A stretch of DNA of 64,000 nucleotides from Planctomycetota bacterium. GTDB lineage: Bacteria; Planctomycetota; B15-G4; SIAN01. The notes below the pieces were generated by a model. The model was given only the letters and a program-made list of their open reading frames with translations, did no database searches and was not told the DNA's origin. Below are positions 8,559-18,150 of the stretch, in pieces. Made by a program: the position numbers and the translations under genes. Each line of letters opens with the position of its first letter. Position 1 is the stretch's first letter. Location of the stretch: the NCBI GenBank assembly GCA_031409275.1, contig JANNXA010000055.1:128001-192000 (forward strand), written 5' to 3'.

Positions 8559-11018
8559 TCAGAAGCGCGTGCTGAAATTGATCTGGAAACTCTCGCGCTC
8601 GTCCTCGGGCGCGCGCTGCACCGGGATGCCGTAGTAGATCTCGAGCGGGGCCGAGAAGAGCTGGAACGGGATCTTCAAGCGCAAGCCGGCGCCGACGCTC
8701 ATGCGCCAGCGTCCGCTCTCGAGATCCCCCCAGTCGCGCTCGAGCATGCCCTGGTCGATGAAGAGCAGGCCACGCAGGAACGGCTGGTTCTCCCGCAGTC
8801 TTGCGTCGTAGATGTCGACCAGCGGAAAGACGTACTCGGTGTTCACGGTCCAGCCGGCGCTTCCGCCGATCGGGAAGTTGCCGTCGTGCGGTCCGAGGCC
8901 ACGAAACTCGAACCCGCGGCCCTGCAGGAAGCCGCCCGGACCGCCAGCGAAGTAGCGTTCGAACAAGGGCACGTCGCGGCTGTCGCCGTAGCCCCGCGCA
9001 TACGCCGCCGAGCCACGGAAGGAGAGCACATGGCGCTGCTCCTCTTCGTTCTCGAAGATCGGCACGAGCAGCTCCGCGCTCGTGGTCGCCTTCCATGCGT
9101 CGACCTGCGCGCCGAGCGCACCGCCCAACCACTCGCCGGTCGCGTCGAGCCGATACCCGTCGGTCGGGTTTCGCAACGAGTCGAGCTGGCGGAACTCCCA
9201 GTCCGCGATCAGCGCGCGCACCGAGTTGCCGCCCTCGACCGCGAGCAGATCCTCGAGCGGATCGGCGCGCGCCTCGATGTTCGAGATGTCGATCCGGTCC
9301 TGACGAATCCCGAGCGAGACCGCCTGCCGACGCGAAAGCCGCTTGCCCAGCGAGACCTGACCACCGAAGGTGTCCTGGTCGTAGTAGCGCGACGTGAACT
9401 CGCGCAGATGGATGTTGGCGTCGAGGTAGACCGGATTCGACAACGGGCCGGTGAGGTAGGGCTCGGTGAACTGGATCAGGTAGTTCGAGTAGCGATTGCC
9501 CGGATTGGCGCGGAAGCGCAGCCGCTGGCCGCCGCCATGCAACGCCCGCTGGTCGAGGAACTCCTCGAACAGCGTCGCGGGTGAATCGGGCAGATCGGTG
9601 AGGTCGAAGTTGTCGATGGTCAGGTCGGTGCCGAGGAAGAAGCCCTGGCCCGAAGCCACGCCGCCGAACAGGGTGAAGAGGCCGGCGGTGCCGTCCTCGA
9701 CGCGCATCACGATGTCCTCGCCGTCCGGGTCGGCCGTCGCTTCGTTCTCGACCCAGGCGAGCGGAGTGCCGCGTTCGTCGGCGAAGAACCCGCTGGCGCG
9801 CAGCCGATCCTCGGCGGCCAGCACCTCGTCGCCGTCGAACAGTTCTCCGGGATGGAGATCGAGCTCGCGGCGGATCACTTCGTCCTTGGTGTTCTGGTTG
9901 CCGACGACGCGCACGTCGCGCACGCGCTTGGGAGTGTCCTCGCGAACCCGGTAGGTCACGTCGATCTCGGCGCTTCCCGTGGCGTAGCTCTCGACCGGAC
10001 GCGCGTCGATCGCCGCGCGCGCATAGCCGAGGTGTCGGTAGAGCTTCAGGATGCGCGCGCGATCCTTGCGGTAGATCGTCTGGCGATAGGGCTGCCCCGG
10101 CGCGAGGCGCGTCAACGCGGCGAGCTCCGCCTCCGAGAACTGCTCGTTGCCGGAATACTTGACCGAACGAACGGTGTAGCGCGAACCCTGCTCGATCCGG
10201 ATCGTGATGTCGACCTCTTCGCCGTCGAGATCGGGCGTCACCGACTCGACCGCGACCCGCGCATCGAGGTACCCCTCGTCGCGCAGGAACTGCTCGATCA
10301 GGACGACGTCGTCCTCGAGCACCTTCGGCTTGTAGGCCTGCGTGAAGATCCAGAACGAGCGGCTGGTCTTCATCAACGAACGCAGGTGGCGTGGCGCGAA
10401 CTGCTCGAGGCCGACGAACACGAGTTCGTCGACGGAGACCTCGGGGCCTTCGAGGATCTCGAAGAGGAGCACGTGCTCGTCGCCCTGCTTCTCGATGCGC
10501 GGTTCGATCTCCGCGTAGAGGAAGCCCTCCTCCTGGTACTTCTCTTCGAGCTGGCGCACGAGGACGGCGAGCCCGCTGCCGCGAACCGTGCTCTCGGGCA
10601 GCGCGTTGTTCTCCGAAAGGCCGAGCGCCTCGCGGAGGTCGTCCTCATCGAGTTCGCTGTTGCCCTTGAAGAGGACGCGGCTCACCGCGGGCACCTGCTC
10701 GAGCCGGAAGACGACTTCGACCGAGCCGTCGTCGCGCCGATGCGCCCGCACGTCGCCCCACACCTGGAATCGCGCCGCCAGCGTCTTCAGGTCCTCGTCC
10801 GCGATCCGCGGCGAATAGGCCGATCCGACCTTCGTCCGCACCTGGAGCGCCAGCAGCTCCGGCGTGAGCCGGGTCTCGCCTTCGAACTTGACGCTGGCGA
10901 CCACGCCATCGACGGCGTCGAGCGCGACGGCGGCCGCCGCCGGCGGCGCGTCCTGGACCGGCGCTGCGACCGCGAACGCGACCGAGTGGATCAAGCATGC
11001 TGCGACGATGAAGCGCAT
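8559..11018 (-). CDS. bamA: Outer membrane protein assembly factor BamA
   Basis: Signal peptide, five POTRA-like repeats (e.g. VVGNQNTKDEVIRREL), ERYFAGG...RGF loop, terminal Phe. Confidence 0.93.
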   Translation of the reverse strand: MRFIVAACLIHSVAFAVAAPVQDAPPAAAAVALDAVDGVVASVKFEGETRLTPELLALQVRTKVGSAYSPRIADEDLKTLAARFQVWGDVRAHRRDDGSVEVVFRLEQVPAVSRVLFKGNSELDEDDLREALGLSENNALPESTVRGSGLAVLVRQLEEKYQEEGFLYAEIEPRIEKQGDEHVLLFEILEGPEVSVDELVFVGLEQFAPRHLRSLMKTSRSFWIFTQAYKPKVLEDDVVLIEQFLRDEGYLDARVAVESVTPDLDGEEVDITIRIEQGSRYTVRSVKYSGNEQFSEAELAALTRLAPGQPYRQTIYRKDRARILKLYRHLGYARAAIDARPVESYATGSAEIDVTYRVREDTPKRVRDVRVVGNQNTKDEVIRRELDLHPGELFDGDEVLAAEDRLRASGFFADERGTPLAWVENEATADPDGEDIVMRVEDGTAGLFTLFGGVASGQGFFLGTDLTIDNFDLTDLPDSPATLFEEFLDQRALHGGGQRLRFRANPGNRYSNYLIQFTEPYLTGPLSNPVYLDANIHLREFTSRYYDQDTFGGQVSLGKRLSRRQAVSLGIRQDRIDISNIEARADPLEDLLAVEGGNSVRALIADWEFRQLDSLRNPTDGYRLDATGEWLGGALGAQVDAWKATTSAELLVPIFENEEEQRHVLSFRGSAAYARGYGDSRDVPLFERYFAGGPGGFLQGRGFEFRGLGPHDGNFPIGGSAGWTVNTEYVFPLVDIYDARLRENQPFLRGLLFIDQGMLERDWGDLESGRWRMSVGAGLRLKIPFQLFSAPLEIYYGIPVQRAPEDERESFQINFSTRF

Positions 11019-11019
11019 C

Positions 11020-12390
11020 TCAGCCCCGGAAGTCGAGGTCAGAGAACGGCTCGAAGCGAACGTTCTCCGGGAAGAACGACAGCTTCACGTCGCCAATCGG
11101 CCCGTTTCGATTCTTCGCGATGATCAAGGTCGCCTGGTTCTGCGTCTGCGGATTCTTGCCGCCGTCGTAGTAGTCCTCCCGGAAGAGGAACATCACGACG
11201 TCCGCATCCTGCTCGATCGACCCCGACTCGCGCAGGTCCGACATGCGCGGCCGATGGTCCTCGCGATTGTCGACCGCCCGGTTGAGCTGCGAGAGCGCGA
11301 TCACGGGCACGTCGATCTCGCGCGCGAGCCCCTTCAGCGCGATCGAGATCTGCGAGATCTCCTGCTGGCGACTGTCGACTTCGCGCGGCGACGCGATCAG
11401 CTGCATGTAGTCGATGATGACGAGGCCGATCCCATGCGAGGCCTTCATGCGGCGCGCCTTCGCGCGAATCTGCAGGCTGGTCATGCCGGGCGTGTCGTCG
11501 ATGAATACCGGCGCGTACTCGAGCGACGCCGCGGCCTGCGCGACGCGCTGGTAGGCGTCGTGGTCGAGCATCCCCTTGCGCAACAGGTGCGAATCGACCT
11601 GGGCGTGGCACGCCAGGAGGTTCTGGGCGATCTGCTGGCGCGGCATCTCGAGGCTGAAGATGAGCACGGGCGTCGGCGGCTCGTTGCGCGTCGCGGCACG
11701 CAGCCCAATATTGAGCGCGTAGCTCGTCTTGCCCATCGACGGGCGCGCTGCGAGCACGATCATCTGCCCGCCTTGCATGCCGGAGAGGCGCTCGTCGAGG
11801 TCGGGGTAGTGCGAGCGGATGCCCGCAAGTTCGCCCGCGCTGCGCTGGTCGAGGGCGAGCAGCACTTCCTTGACGATCGTGCGCAGCGGCGCGGCTTCGC
11901 CCTTGATGTTGCGGCGGGCGACGTCGAAGACCACCTGCTCGGCGCCGTCGACGATCTGCTCGATCGAGCGACCGGCCACGCGAGCATCTTCCAGGATTCG
12001 TCGCGCCGCCTCGATCAATCCGCGACGCAGCGCCCGCTCGCGAACGATGCCGGCGTGATAGGCCACATTCGCGCTGGAGGGAACCCGCTCGACGAGCCGC
12101 GCGAGCTCGAGCGGTCCGCCGATGCGGTCGAGGTGGCCGCTCTTCAGCAACGCCTCGCCCACCAGCGTCAGGTCGATTCCGGAACCGCCCTCGAAGAGGT
12201 CGACGAGCGTCTGGAACAAGATCTGATGGCCGAGGACGTAGAAGTCCTCCGACTTGAGGAACTGGGCGACTTCGCTGACCGCTTCACGGTCCTGCAACAG
12301 CGCCCCGAGCACCGCTTCCTCGGCCTCCCGATGGTGCGGCAACGTCTTCGCCGTCAGCTCATCGAGAATGCTCGGATCGACCGAAACCAT
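11020..12390 (-). CDS. dnaB: Replicative DNA helicase
   Basis: EAEEAVLG, AARPSMGKT, FSLEM, IDYMQL, LSQLNR, DLRESGSIEQDAD, KNRNGP. Confidence 0.97.
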   Translation of the reverse strand: MVSVDPSILDELTAKTLPHHREAEEAVLGALLQDREAVSEVAQFLKSEDFYVLGHQILFQTLVDLFEGGSGIDLTLVGEALLKSGHLDRIGGPLELARLVERVPSSANVAYHAGIVRERALRRGLIEAARRILEDARVAGRSIEQIVDGAEQVVFDVARRNIKGEAAPLRTIVKEVLLALDQRSAGELAGIRSHYPDLDERLSGMQGGQMIVLAARPSMGKTSYALNIGLRAATRNEPPTPVLIFSLEMPRQQIAQNLLACHAQVDSHLLRKGMLDHDAYQRVAQAAASLEYAPVFIDDTPGMTSLQIRAKARRMKASHGIGLVIIDYMQLIASPREVDSRQQEISQISIALKGLAREIDVPVIALSQLNRAVDNREDHRPRMSDLRESGSIEQDADVVMFLFREDYYDGGKNPQTQNQATLIIAKNRNGPIGDVKLSFFPENVRFEPFSDLDFRG

Positions 12391-12428
12391 GCGGCCGCCC
12401 TCCCCAGGGCGCGCCAACGCCCTGCATC

Positions 12429-12471
12429 AAAAAGCGCGGGCGCGGCCGAGCGACACCCGGCCGCGCCCTGC
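12429..12471 (-). terminator. Rho-independent terminator after rplI
   Basis: Minus strand GGGCGCGGCCG/CGGCCGCGCCC stem followed by GCGCTTTTT. Confidence 0.7.
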
Positions 12472-12485
12472 TCGATCGGACGATA

Positions 12486-13019
12486 TCAGCTGGCCGGCGC
12501 CGCCGGGGTAGCTGCCGCGGCCGCAGCTTCCTTCATCGCAGCTTCCGCCGCCGCCAGCGCGGCAGCGGCCGCCGCGCCTTCGGCTTCGACCACGACCGTG
12601 ATGCCGACCTTCACGTCAGCATGGAGGTGGATCGCGACCTCGTAGGTCCCGACGGTCTTGATCGGTTCCTTGATGCGGACGTCGCGCTCGGCGACCTGGT
12701 GCCCCTTCTCGCGCAACGCTGCCGCGAGGACATGCGCGTTGACCGAGCCGAAGAGGTGGCCTTCCTGAGTCGCGCGCATGGTCAGCTCGAGCTTCAAGCC
12801 CTCGAGCTTCCCGGCGACGCCCTTCAATTCGGCGACGAGAGTCGCCTCTTCGACGGCGAACTGCTTCTTCATGGTGACCAGACGCGAGAGCGCGTCTGCC
12901 GTCGCCAGGATCGCCTTGCGCTGCGGCAGCAGGTGGTTGCGGCCGAAGCCGTCACGGACGTTGACCTGGTCGCCCTTGCGACCGAGGCTCTCGATGTTCT
13001 CGAGGAGGATGACTTCCAT
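12486..13019 (-). CDS. rplI: 50S ribosomal protein L9
   Basis: MEVILLENIESLGRKGDQVNVRDGFGRNHLLP, LFGSV, PIKTVG. Confidence 0.97.
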   Translation of the reverse strand: MEVILLENIESLGRKGDQVNVRDGFGRNHLLPQRKAILATADALSRLVTMKKQFAVEEATLVAELKGVAGKLEGLKLELTMRATQEGHLFGSVNAHVLAAALREKGHQVAERDVRIKEPIKTVGTYEVAIHLHADVKVGITVVVEAEGAAAAAALAAAEAAMKEAAAAAATPAAPAS

Positions 13020-13034
13020 GTGGTTCTCCTGAGC

Positions 13035-13334
13035 TCAGCCGACGAACGGCAGCAGGCCGAGATAGCGCGCCTGCTTGACCGCGACCTTGAGCTGACTCTG
13101 GAACTTCGCGCTATTGCCCGAGCGCTTGCGCGAAAAGAGCTTGCCCTGCTGTGAGCAGAGCCGCTCGAGGGTGTTGAGATCTTTGTAGCTGATGGTCAGC
13201 CCGTCGGGGAGGACACCTTCCTTCTCGAGGATCCCTTCCTTCTTGCTGAACCGGCACGGCCCGCGATCGACGAACTTGCGGTAGCGCCGCTGACGGGCAC
13301 GGGCGAGCGCGATACGCGATTTCTTCTTCGGCAT
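13035..13334 (-). CDS. rpsR: 30S ribosomal protein S18
   Basis: ISYKD...GKLFSRKRSG...AVKQARYLGLLPF; lies between rpsF and rplI. Confidence 0.93.
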   Translation of the reverse strand: MPKKKSRIALARARQRRYRKFVDRGPCRFSKKEGILEKEGVLPDGLTISYKDLNTLERLCSQQGKLFSRKRSGNSAKFQSQLKVAVKQARYLGLLPFVG

Positions 13335-13351
13335 GGTGTTGTTCACTCCGT

Positions 13352-13852
13352 TCAAACGGCCGACGCGTCGCCGGCCGGATCGGCCGCGGGCGCCATCGAA
13401 TCGCCACGGGGGCCACGACCACGACGACGTTCACCGCCGCCGCGCTCGCCACCGCCATCAAATCCGCCCTCGCCGCGCTGCTCTTCGCCTTCGCGCAGGG
13501 CTTCCTCGACGGACGTCGCGCGTCGACGCTCTTCGTCCTCAGTCGGAATACGATCAAGCGCAAGGACGAGCATGCGCAGGACGAGCTCCGAGAGCTCGGC
13601 TTCGCGCTTCAGCGTCCCGATCACCGCCGGGTTCGCTTCGAAGTAGGTGAGGAAGAAGATCCCCTCACGCTGCCCCTTGATCTCGTACGCCAGCGATCGC
13701 TGCTCCCACTTGTTGAAGCGGGAGACGGTCGCTCCGACCTTCTCGAGCAGCGACTTGATGTGCTCCTCGAGATAGTCGTGGCTCTTGCGCGCCTCCTTGT
13801 TGAACACGAGGAACATGGCCTCGTAGGGGCGCATCCGGACTTCGCTGCTCAA
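13352..13852 (-). CDS. rpsF: 30S ribosomal protein S6
   Basis: RPYEAMF, WEQRSLAYEIK, ELVLR; TTG start 8 nt after GGAGG (ATG alternatives at 13867 and 13834). Confidence 0.93.
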   Translation of the reverse strand: MSSEVRMRPYEAMFLVFNKEARKSHDYLEEHIKSLLEKVGATVSRFNKWEQRSLAYEIKGQREGIFFLTYFEANPAVIGTLKREAELSELVLRMLVLALDRIPTEDEERRRATSVEEALREGEEQRGEGGFDGGGERGGGERRRGRGPRGDSMAPAADPAGDASAV

Positions 13853-13860
13853 AACACGAT

Positions 13861-13889
13861 CCTCCATCGGGTGCCGGCGTTGCCGGCAC
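13861..13889 (-). promoter_or_regulatory. Putative S6:S18 autoregulatory leader
   Basis: mRNA reads GTGCCGGC-AAC-GCCGGCAC hairpin, then CCG, then ATGGAGG (SD). Confidence 0.45.
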
Positions 13890-13930
13890 GTCTGCCATAC
13901 GCCGCGACGCGACCCTGCGTCGTGACTGGG

Positions 13931-14593
13931 TCAGGCTCGGTGGTGGTCCCCATCGCCACACGGCGACGGCGGCTCCTCGGGCGCAGATCGCGTGGTCGTT
14001 GGCGGCTTCACCGCCTTTTCAGGCGATGGGTCGCGGTTCAACCGGTTCATCAGGGTCACGATCGGCGTCGAGTCGAGCCACGCTACCACGGCGTGCACCG
14101 CTTCGGCAACGGCTCGATCGAGCAGTGCTCGCTCCTCGCTGCTCGGCCGCTGCAGCACGTAGTCGGCCGTCCCCTGGCCCGCAGGGGCGCTTCCGATGCC
14201 GATCCGGAGGCGCGGGTAGGCCGCGCTTCCGAGCTGCCGCTCGATCGACTTGAGGCCGTTGTGGCCGCCGTCGCTGCCGCTCAAGCGAAGTCGCAGCCGC
14301 CCGGGCGCCAGCGCCAGGTCGTCGCAGACCACGAGCACGTCCGCAGGCGCGGCAAGCCTCGTAGGGTCGAGGCGGGCGAGGGCCTCGCCCGAGACGTTCA
14401 TGTAGGTCAGCGGGCAGATCAGCAGCGCTTCGTCGCTGCCGCGGCCGACCCGCGCGGACAAGGCCGGCCCGCGCCCTTCCTTCAGGTGCACCTTGAGGCG
14501 CGCTGCGACCTTGCGCACGACCTCGAATCCGAGATTGTGGCGCGTCCCGTCGTATTCGGGACCGGGGTTGCCAAGGCCGACCAGGATGCGCAT
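13931..14593 (-). CDS. pth: Peptidyl-tRNA hydrolase
   Basis: ILVGLGNPG, TRHNLGF, PLTYMNVSG, GGHNGLKS, RLRIGIG. Confidence 0.96.
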   Translation of the reverse strand: MRILVGLGNPGPEYDGTRHNLGFEVVRKVAARLKVHLKEGRGPALSARVGRGSDEALLICPLTYMNVSGEALARLDPTRLAAPADVLVVCDDLALAPGRLRLRLSGSDGGHNGLKSIERQLGSAAYPRLRIGIGSAPAGQGTADYVLQRPSSEERALLDRAVAEAVHAVVAWLDSTPIVTLMNRLNRDPSPEKAVKPPTTTRSAPEEPPSPCGDGDHHRA

Positions 14594-14701
14594 GCACGGC
14601 TCGCTGGGCTTCGACACCGCCGGCCGGCCGACGCCGCCGAATGCGACGCTCGACCGGCCGGTGGTTCACGGCAACGCGGGCAAGAGCCCGCGCTTCTGCG
14701 A

Positions 14702-15391
14702 TCACTTCTTCTCGGGCTTCTTGTCCTTGCCTGCCGCCGGTGCGGCCTCGGCCGCCTCGCCATCCGCCGCCGGCGCCTTCTTGATCAGCTCGGGTTCGGC
14801 CGCTGCAGCGACATCCGCCGCATTCGCCGCCGCTACCACGACTTCCTTCTTCTCGACGATCGACAGCACGAGCGCGTCAGCGTCCTCGACTGCCTCGACA
14901 CCGGCCGGAAGGCGCAGTTCCTTCACGTGAACCGTGCCGTGCAGATCGAGATTGCGGACGTCGATCTCGATCGAATCGGGAATCTCGAGCGGAAGGCAGC
15001 GCACCTTCACCTGGTCGAGCTGGAGCAGGAGGATGCCGCCAGCGATCTCGCCCTTCGCCGGGCCCTTCACCTTGACGGTGACGTCGATCTCGATCTTCTC
15101 GCTCATGTTGACGCGCTGGAAGTCGACGTGCAGCGGCTGCTGCGACATCGTGTCCCAGTCGACACCGTGGACGACTGCCGCTTCCGACTTCCCGTCGAGC
15201 TGCAACATCACGATGCGCGCGTGCGCCTTGCGGGCCGCCTCGAAGTCCTTCACCGCGACGTGCAGCGAAAGCGACTCCGTGCCCTTGCCGCAAAGGACGC
15301 CGGGAAGGCGGCCGTCGAGGCGGAGGTTGCGGCTGGTGCGGCTGCCAACGCTGGTGCGCCGATCGGCCTTCATGTCGAACGTCTTCATCAT
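14702..15391 (-). CDS. rplY: 50S ribosomal protein L25/CTC (long form)
   Basis: GRLPGVL, PLHVDFQ, IPDSIEIDV, EPELIK; prs-rplY-pth order. Confidence 0.95.
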   Translation of the reverse strand: MMKTFDMKADRRTSVGSRTSRNLRLDGRLPGVLCGKGTESLSLHVAVKDFEAARKAHARIVMLQLDGKSEAAVVHGVDWDTMSQQPLHVDFQRVNMSEKIEIDVTVKVKGPAKGEIAGGILLLQLDQVKVRCLPLEIPDSIEIDVRNLDLHGTVHVKELRLPAGVEAVEDADALVLSIVEKKEVVVAAANAADVAAAAEPELIKKAPAADGEAAEAAPAAGKDKKPEKK

Positions 15392-15440
15392 TTCGCTCCA
15401 AGCGCGGCGCCAGGCGCCGCGTGGCCCCGTCGAAGGGGCT

Positions 15441-16385
15441 CTAGACCTTGTCGAACAGCGCGCTCACCGACTCGCTTTGGTGGATCGCCTTGATCGCACG
15501 CGCAAGAAGCGGAGCCACTGAACGGTATTGGAATCGCTCCGGAAGGGGCTCGTGCACAGGAACCGTGTCGGTGATCACGATGCCGTCTGCCCCGCAATGG
15601 GCCAGCTTGTGCACGGCGTCCCCGCAGAATACCGCATGGGTCGCACCAACGTACACCGTGCGTGCACCGTGCTCCCGAACGATGCGGACTGCCTGCACCA
15701 TCGAACCGCCCGTGGCGATCATGTCGTCGATGATCAGGGCGTCCTTGCCCTTGACCTCTCCGATGATGTGCTCCCAGTCGACCTTGTCGGCCGAGATGCG
15801 GCGTTTGTCGACGATCGCGACCTGGGCGCCGAGCGACTCGGCATAGGCGCGCGCCCGCTTGAGCCCCCCCATGTCGGGGGCGACGATGATCGGGTCCTTG
15901 GGGCCGAGCCCCTGGAAGTACTCGATCAGGACCGGCTTGGCGTAGAGGTGGTCGACCGGGATATCGAAGAAGCCCTGGATCTGCGCGGCGTGCAGGTCGA
16001 TCGTCAGGACGCGATCGGCGCCGGCCGTGCTGATCATGTTCGCGATGAGCTTCGCCGAGATCGGCACGCGCCCCTCGTCCTTCCGATCCTTCCGCGCGTA
16101 GCCGAAATACGGGATCACGGCGGTCATCCGGCCAGCGCTCGCGCGCTTGCAGGTGTCGAGGAGGAGCAGCAGCTCCACCAGATGGTCGTTCACCGGCGGA
16201 CTCGTCGGCTGGACGATGAAGACGTCCGATCCGCGCAGGTCGTCGTAGATCTTGACGTCGATCTCGCCATCCGGAAAACGACCGACCGTGAGGCGGCAAA
16301 GATCGATGCCGATCGAGTCGGCAATCGCTCGCGCGAGGTGTGGATGGGCGTTGCCCGAAAGCACCGCGATCTTGTCGCGCGTCAT
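15441..16385 (-). CDS. prs: Ribose-phosphate pyrophosphokinase
   Basis: FPDGEI, IPYFGYARKDR, DLHAAQIQGFF, IIDDMIATGGS. Confidence 0.97.
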   Translation of the reverse strand: MTRDKIAVLSGNAHPHLARAIADSIGIDLCRLTVGRFPDGEIDVKIYDDLRGSDVFIVQPTSPPVNDHLVELLLLLDTCKRASAGRMTAVIPYFGYARKDRKDEGRVPISAKLIANMISTAGADRVLTIDLHAAQIQGFFDIPVDHLYAKPVLIEYFQGLGPKDPIIVAPDMGGLKRARAYAESLGAQVAIVDKRRISADKVDWEHIIGEVKGKDALIIDDMIATGGSMVQAVRIVREHGARTVYVGATHAVFCGDAVHKLAHCGADGIVITDTVPVHEPLPERFQYRSVAPLLARAIKAIHQSESVSALFDKV

Positions 16386-17677
16386 GTGGTCCCTTCCCGA
16401 GTTGGCTTCGGCGCACCGTCGTCGCGTGGCTTGGCGCCGACGGCTCGCGCCGGAACCCCCACCCACGTGGTCCCGGCCGGTACGTTCTGTCCGCGCGTCA
16501 CGACGGCACCGGCGCCGGTGGTCGCGTTGTCGCCGATCTCGACCGGCGCGATCAACACGGTACCGCTGCCGATGAACGCCTTGGCACCGATCTTCGTGCG
16601 GTGCTTCGCCTTGCCGTCGTAGTTCGCGGTGATCGTGCCGGCGCCGATGTTGGTCCCGGCCCCGATCGTCGCGTCGCCCAGATAGGTCAGGTGCTTGGCC
16701 TTCACGTGAGCGCCAAGATGGCTGGCCTTCACTTCGACGAAGTTGCCGACCTCCGCCCCATCGGAGAGCACCGCTCCGGCGCGCAGGTGCGAGAAGGGGC
16801 CCACTTCGCAATCGGCCCCGATCTCGACGCCGGCGCGAATCACGGTGAAAGGGAGGATTCGCGTACGTGCGCCGATCCGCACCTCGTGATCGATGAACAC
16901 CGAGTCGGGATCCTCGATCTCGACGCCCGCCGCTTGATGCCGCGCGAGGATCCGGCGTCGCATCCGGCGCCGGCACTCGAGGAGGTCGGCCGGCGTATTG
17001 AAGCCGAGCGCTTCCTCAGCATCCGACAGCGGCTGCAGGGCGATCGTGTGGCCCGCCTCGCGGAGCAGTCGATAGGCGTCAGTGAGGTAGTACTCCGACT
17101 GCGCATTGTCGGTCCGCACGCTGCGCAGCGCCGCGAACAGGTCGCGCGCGCGAAAAATGGCGAGACCGCAGTGGACCTCGCGCAGGCTGCGCACCGCGTG
17201 GTCCGCGTCCTTCTCTTCGACGATTCGATCGAACGCTCCGTCCTCGGTTCGAACGACGCGACCGTAGCCAGTCGGATCGTCGAGCCGCGCTGGCGCCATC
17301 GTGCACGCATGGCCTTGCGCGCGGTGCGTTGCGAGCAGCGCCTGCAGCGTCGACGCGCGCAGCAGCGGACTGTCGCCGAACAGCACGACGAGATCGCCGT
17401 CGAACTCTGCGAGCGCCGGCGCGGCGGCGAGGACGGCATGTCCGGTCCCGCGCGGCGTGACCTGATCGACCCACTCAACGCCGGGAAACCGGCGCACGTA
17501 GTCGGCGATGAGTTCCTTGCGGTAGCACGCAACGACGATGGTGCGTACGGGCTGCAGCTCGAGGGCGGCTTCGATCACGAAGCCCAACGCCGGCGTGCCG
17601 CACAACGGTTCGAGCACCTTCGGCCGATTGCCGCCGAGACGCTTGCCTTGTCCGCCAGCGAGCACCACCACTGCCAA
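16382..17677 (-). CDS. glmU: Bifunctional GlmU uridyltransferase/acetyltransferase
   Basis: LAGGQGKR, GTGHAV, GYGRV, EYYLTD, GNFVEVK, HLTYLGD, NYDG; start uncertain (ORF open to 17830). Confidence 0.94.
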   Translation of the reverse strand: MAVVVLAGGQGKRLGGNRPKVLEPLCGTPALGFVIEAALELQPVRTIVVACYRKELIADYVRRFPGVEWVDQVTPRGTGHAVLAAAPALAEFDGDLVVLFGDSPLLRASTLQALLATHRAQGHACTMAPARLDDPTGYGRVVRTEDGAFDRIVEEKDADHAVRSLREVHCGLAIFRARDLFAALRSVRTDNAQSEYYLTDAYRLLREAGHTIALQPLSDAEEALGFNTPADLLECRRRMRRRILARHQAAGVEIEDPDSVFIDHEVRIGARTRILPFTVIRAGVEIGADCEVGPFSHLRAGAVLSDGAEVGNFVEVKASHLGAHVKAKHLTYLGDATIGAGTNIGAGTITANYDGKAKHRTKIGAKAFIGSGTVLIAPVEIGDNATTGAGAVVTRGQNVPAGTTWVGVPARAVGAKPRDDGAPKPTREGTT

Positions 17678-17867
17678 CGGCGGGGACGAGGGCCCTTTGG
17701 CGCCAGATTGCGTCGCAGCCTGCGCGATGACCGGTCTCCGCCAAACCTCGGGGGCGGGCGCCGTCCTGGCGCTCCGTCCGTTCCGGGAAAAAAGGCGAAG
17801 GTTCTTAACCGGCACGCTCGATGCGGTCAATTCCGCCGCCCGATGAACCAGCTCCCCCCCGGCCGAT

Positions 17868-17942
17868 TGGTTCCCCGATCAGGATTCGAACCTGGACTGA
17901 GGGATTCAAAGTCCCGCGTGCTACCGATTACACCATCGGGGA
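17868..17942 (-). tRNA. tRNA-Gln(TTG)
   Basis: TCCCCGATGGTGTAATCGGTAGCACGCGGGACTTTGAATCCCTCAGTCCAGGTTCGAATCCTGATCGGGGAACCA folds as a cloverleaf with a TTG anticodon and encoded CCA. Confidence 0.96.
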
Positions 17943-17962
17943 ATGGGCCGACGAAGCGGCGC

Positions 17963-17991
17963 ATCATGGCACCCGCCGAGGCGGACGACAA
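17963..17991 (-). promoter_or_regulatory. sigma70 promoter for tRNA-Gln-glmU-prs
   Basis: Minus strand TTGTCG-N17-CATGAT with extended -10 TG and a GC-rich discriminator (GCGCCGC). Confidence 0.6.
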
Positions 17992-18150
17992 CGCGCAGGC
18001 GGCCGTCGATTCGGCGAGTTCGCCTGATTCTCGCTGCCCGTCGCGCGGTGCCGAGGCACTGGCTCCGGCCGGGGATCGGAAGCTCCGATTCGGCGACGCG
18101 GGTCGCCCTGCCCGCCAACGTCACCGCGCCATCGGAGGGCAGAGGACCGC

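Noticed and set aside
6643..9132. Apparent 829-aa LpxC-FabZ with a long N-terminal extension
   Set aside because: The extension overlaps skp and bamA in another frame; the real start is ATG 7947. The same applies to the extended prs, cinA and response-regulator ORFs.
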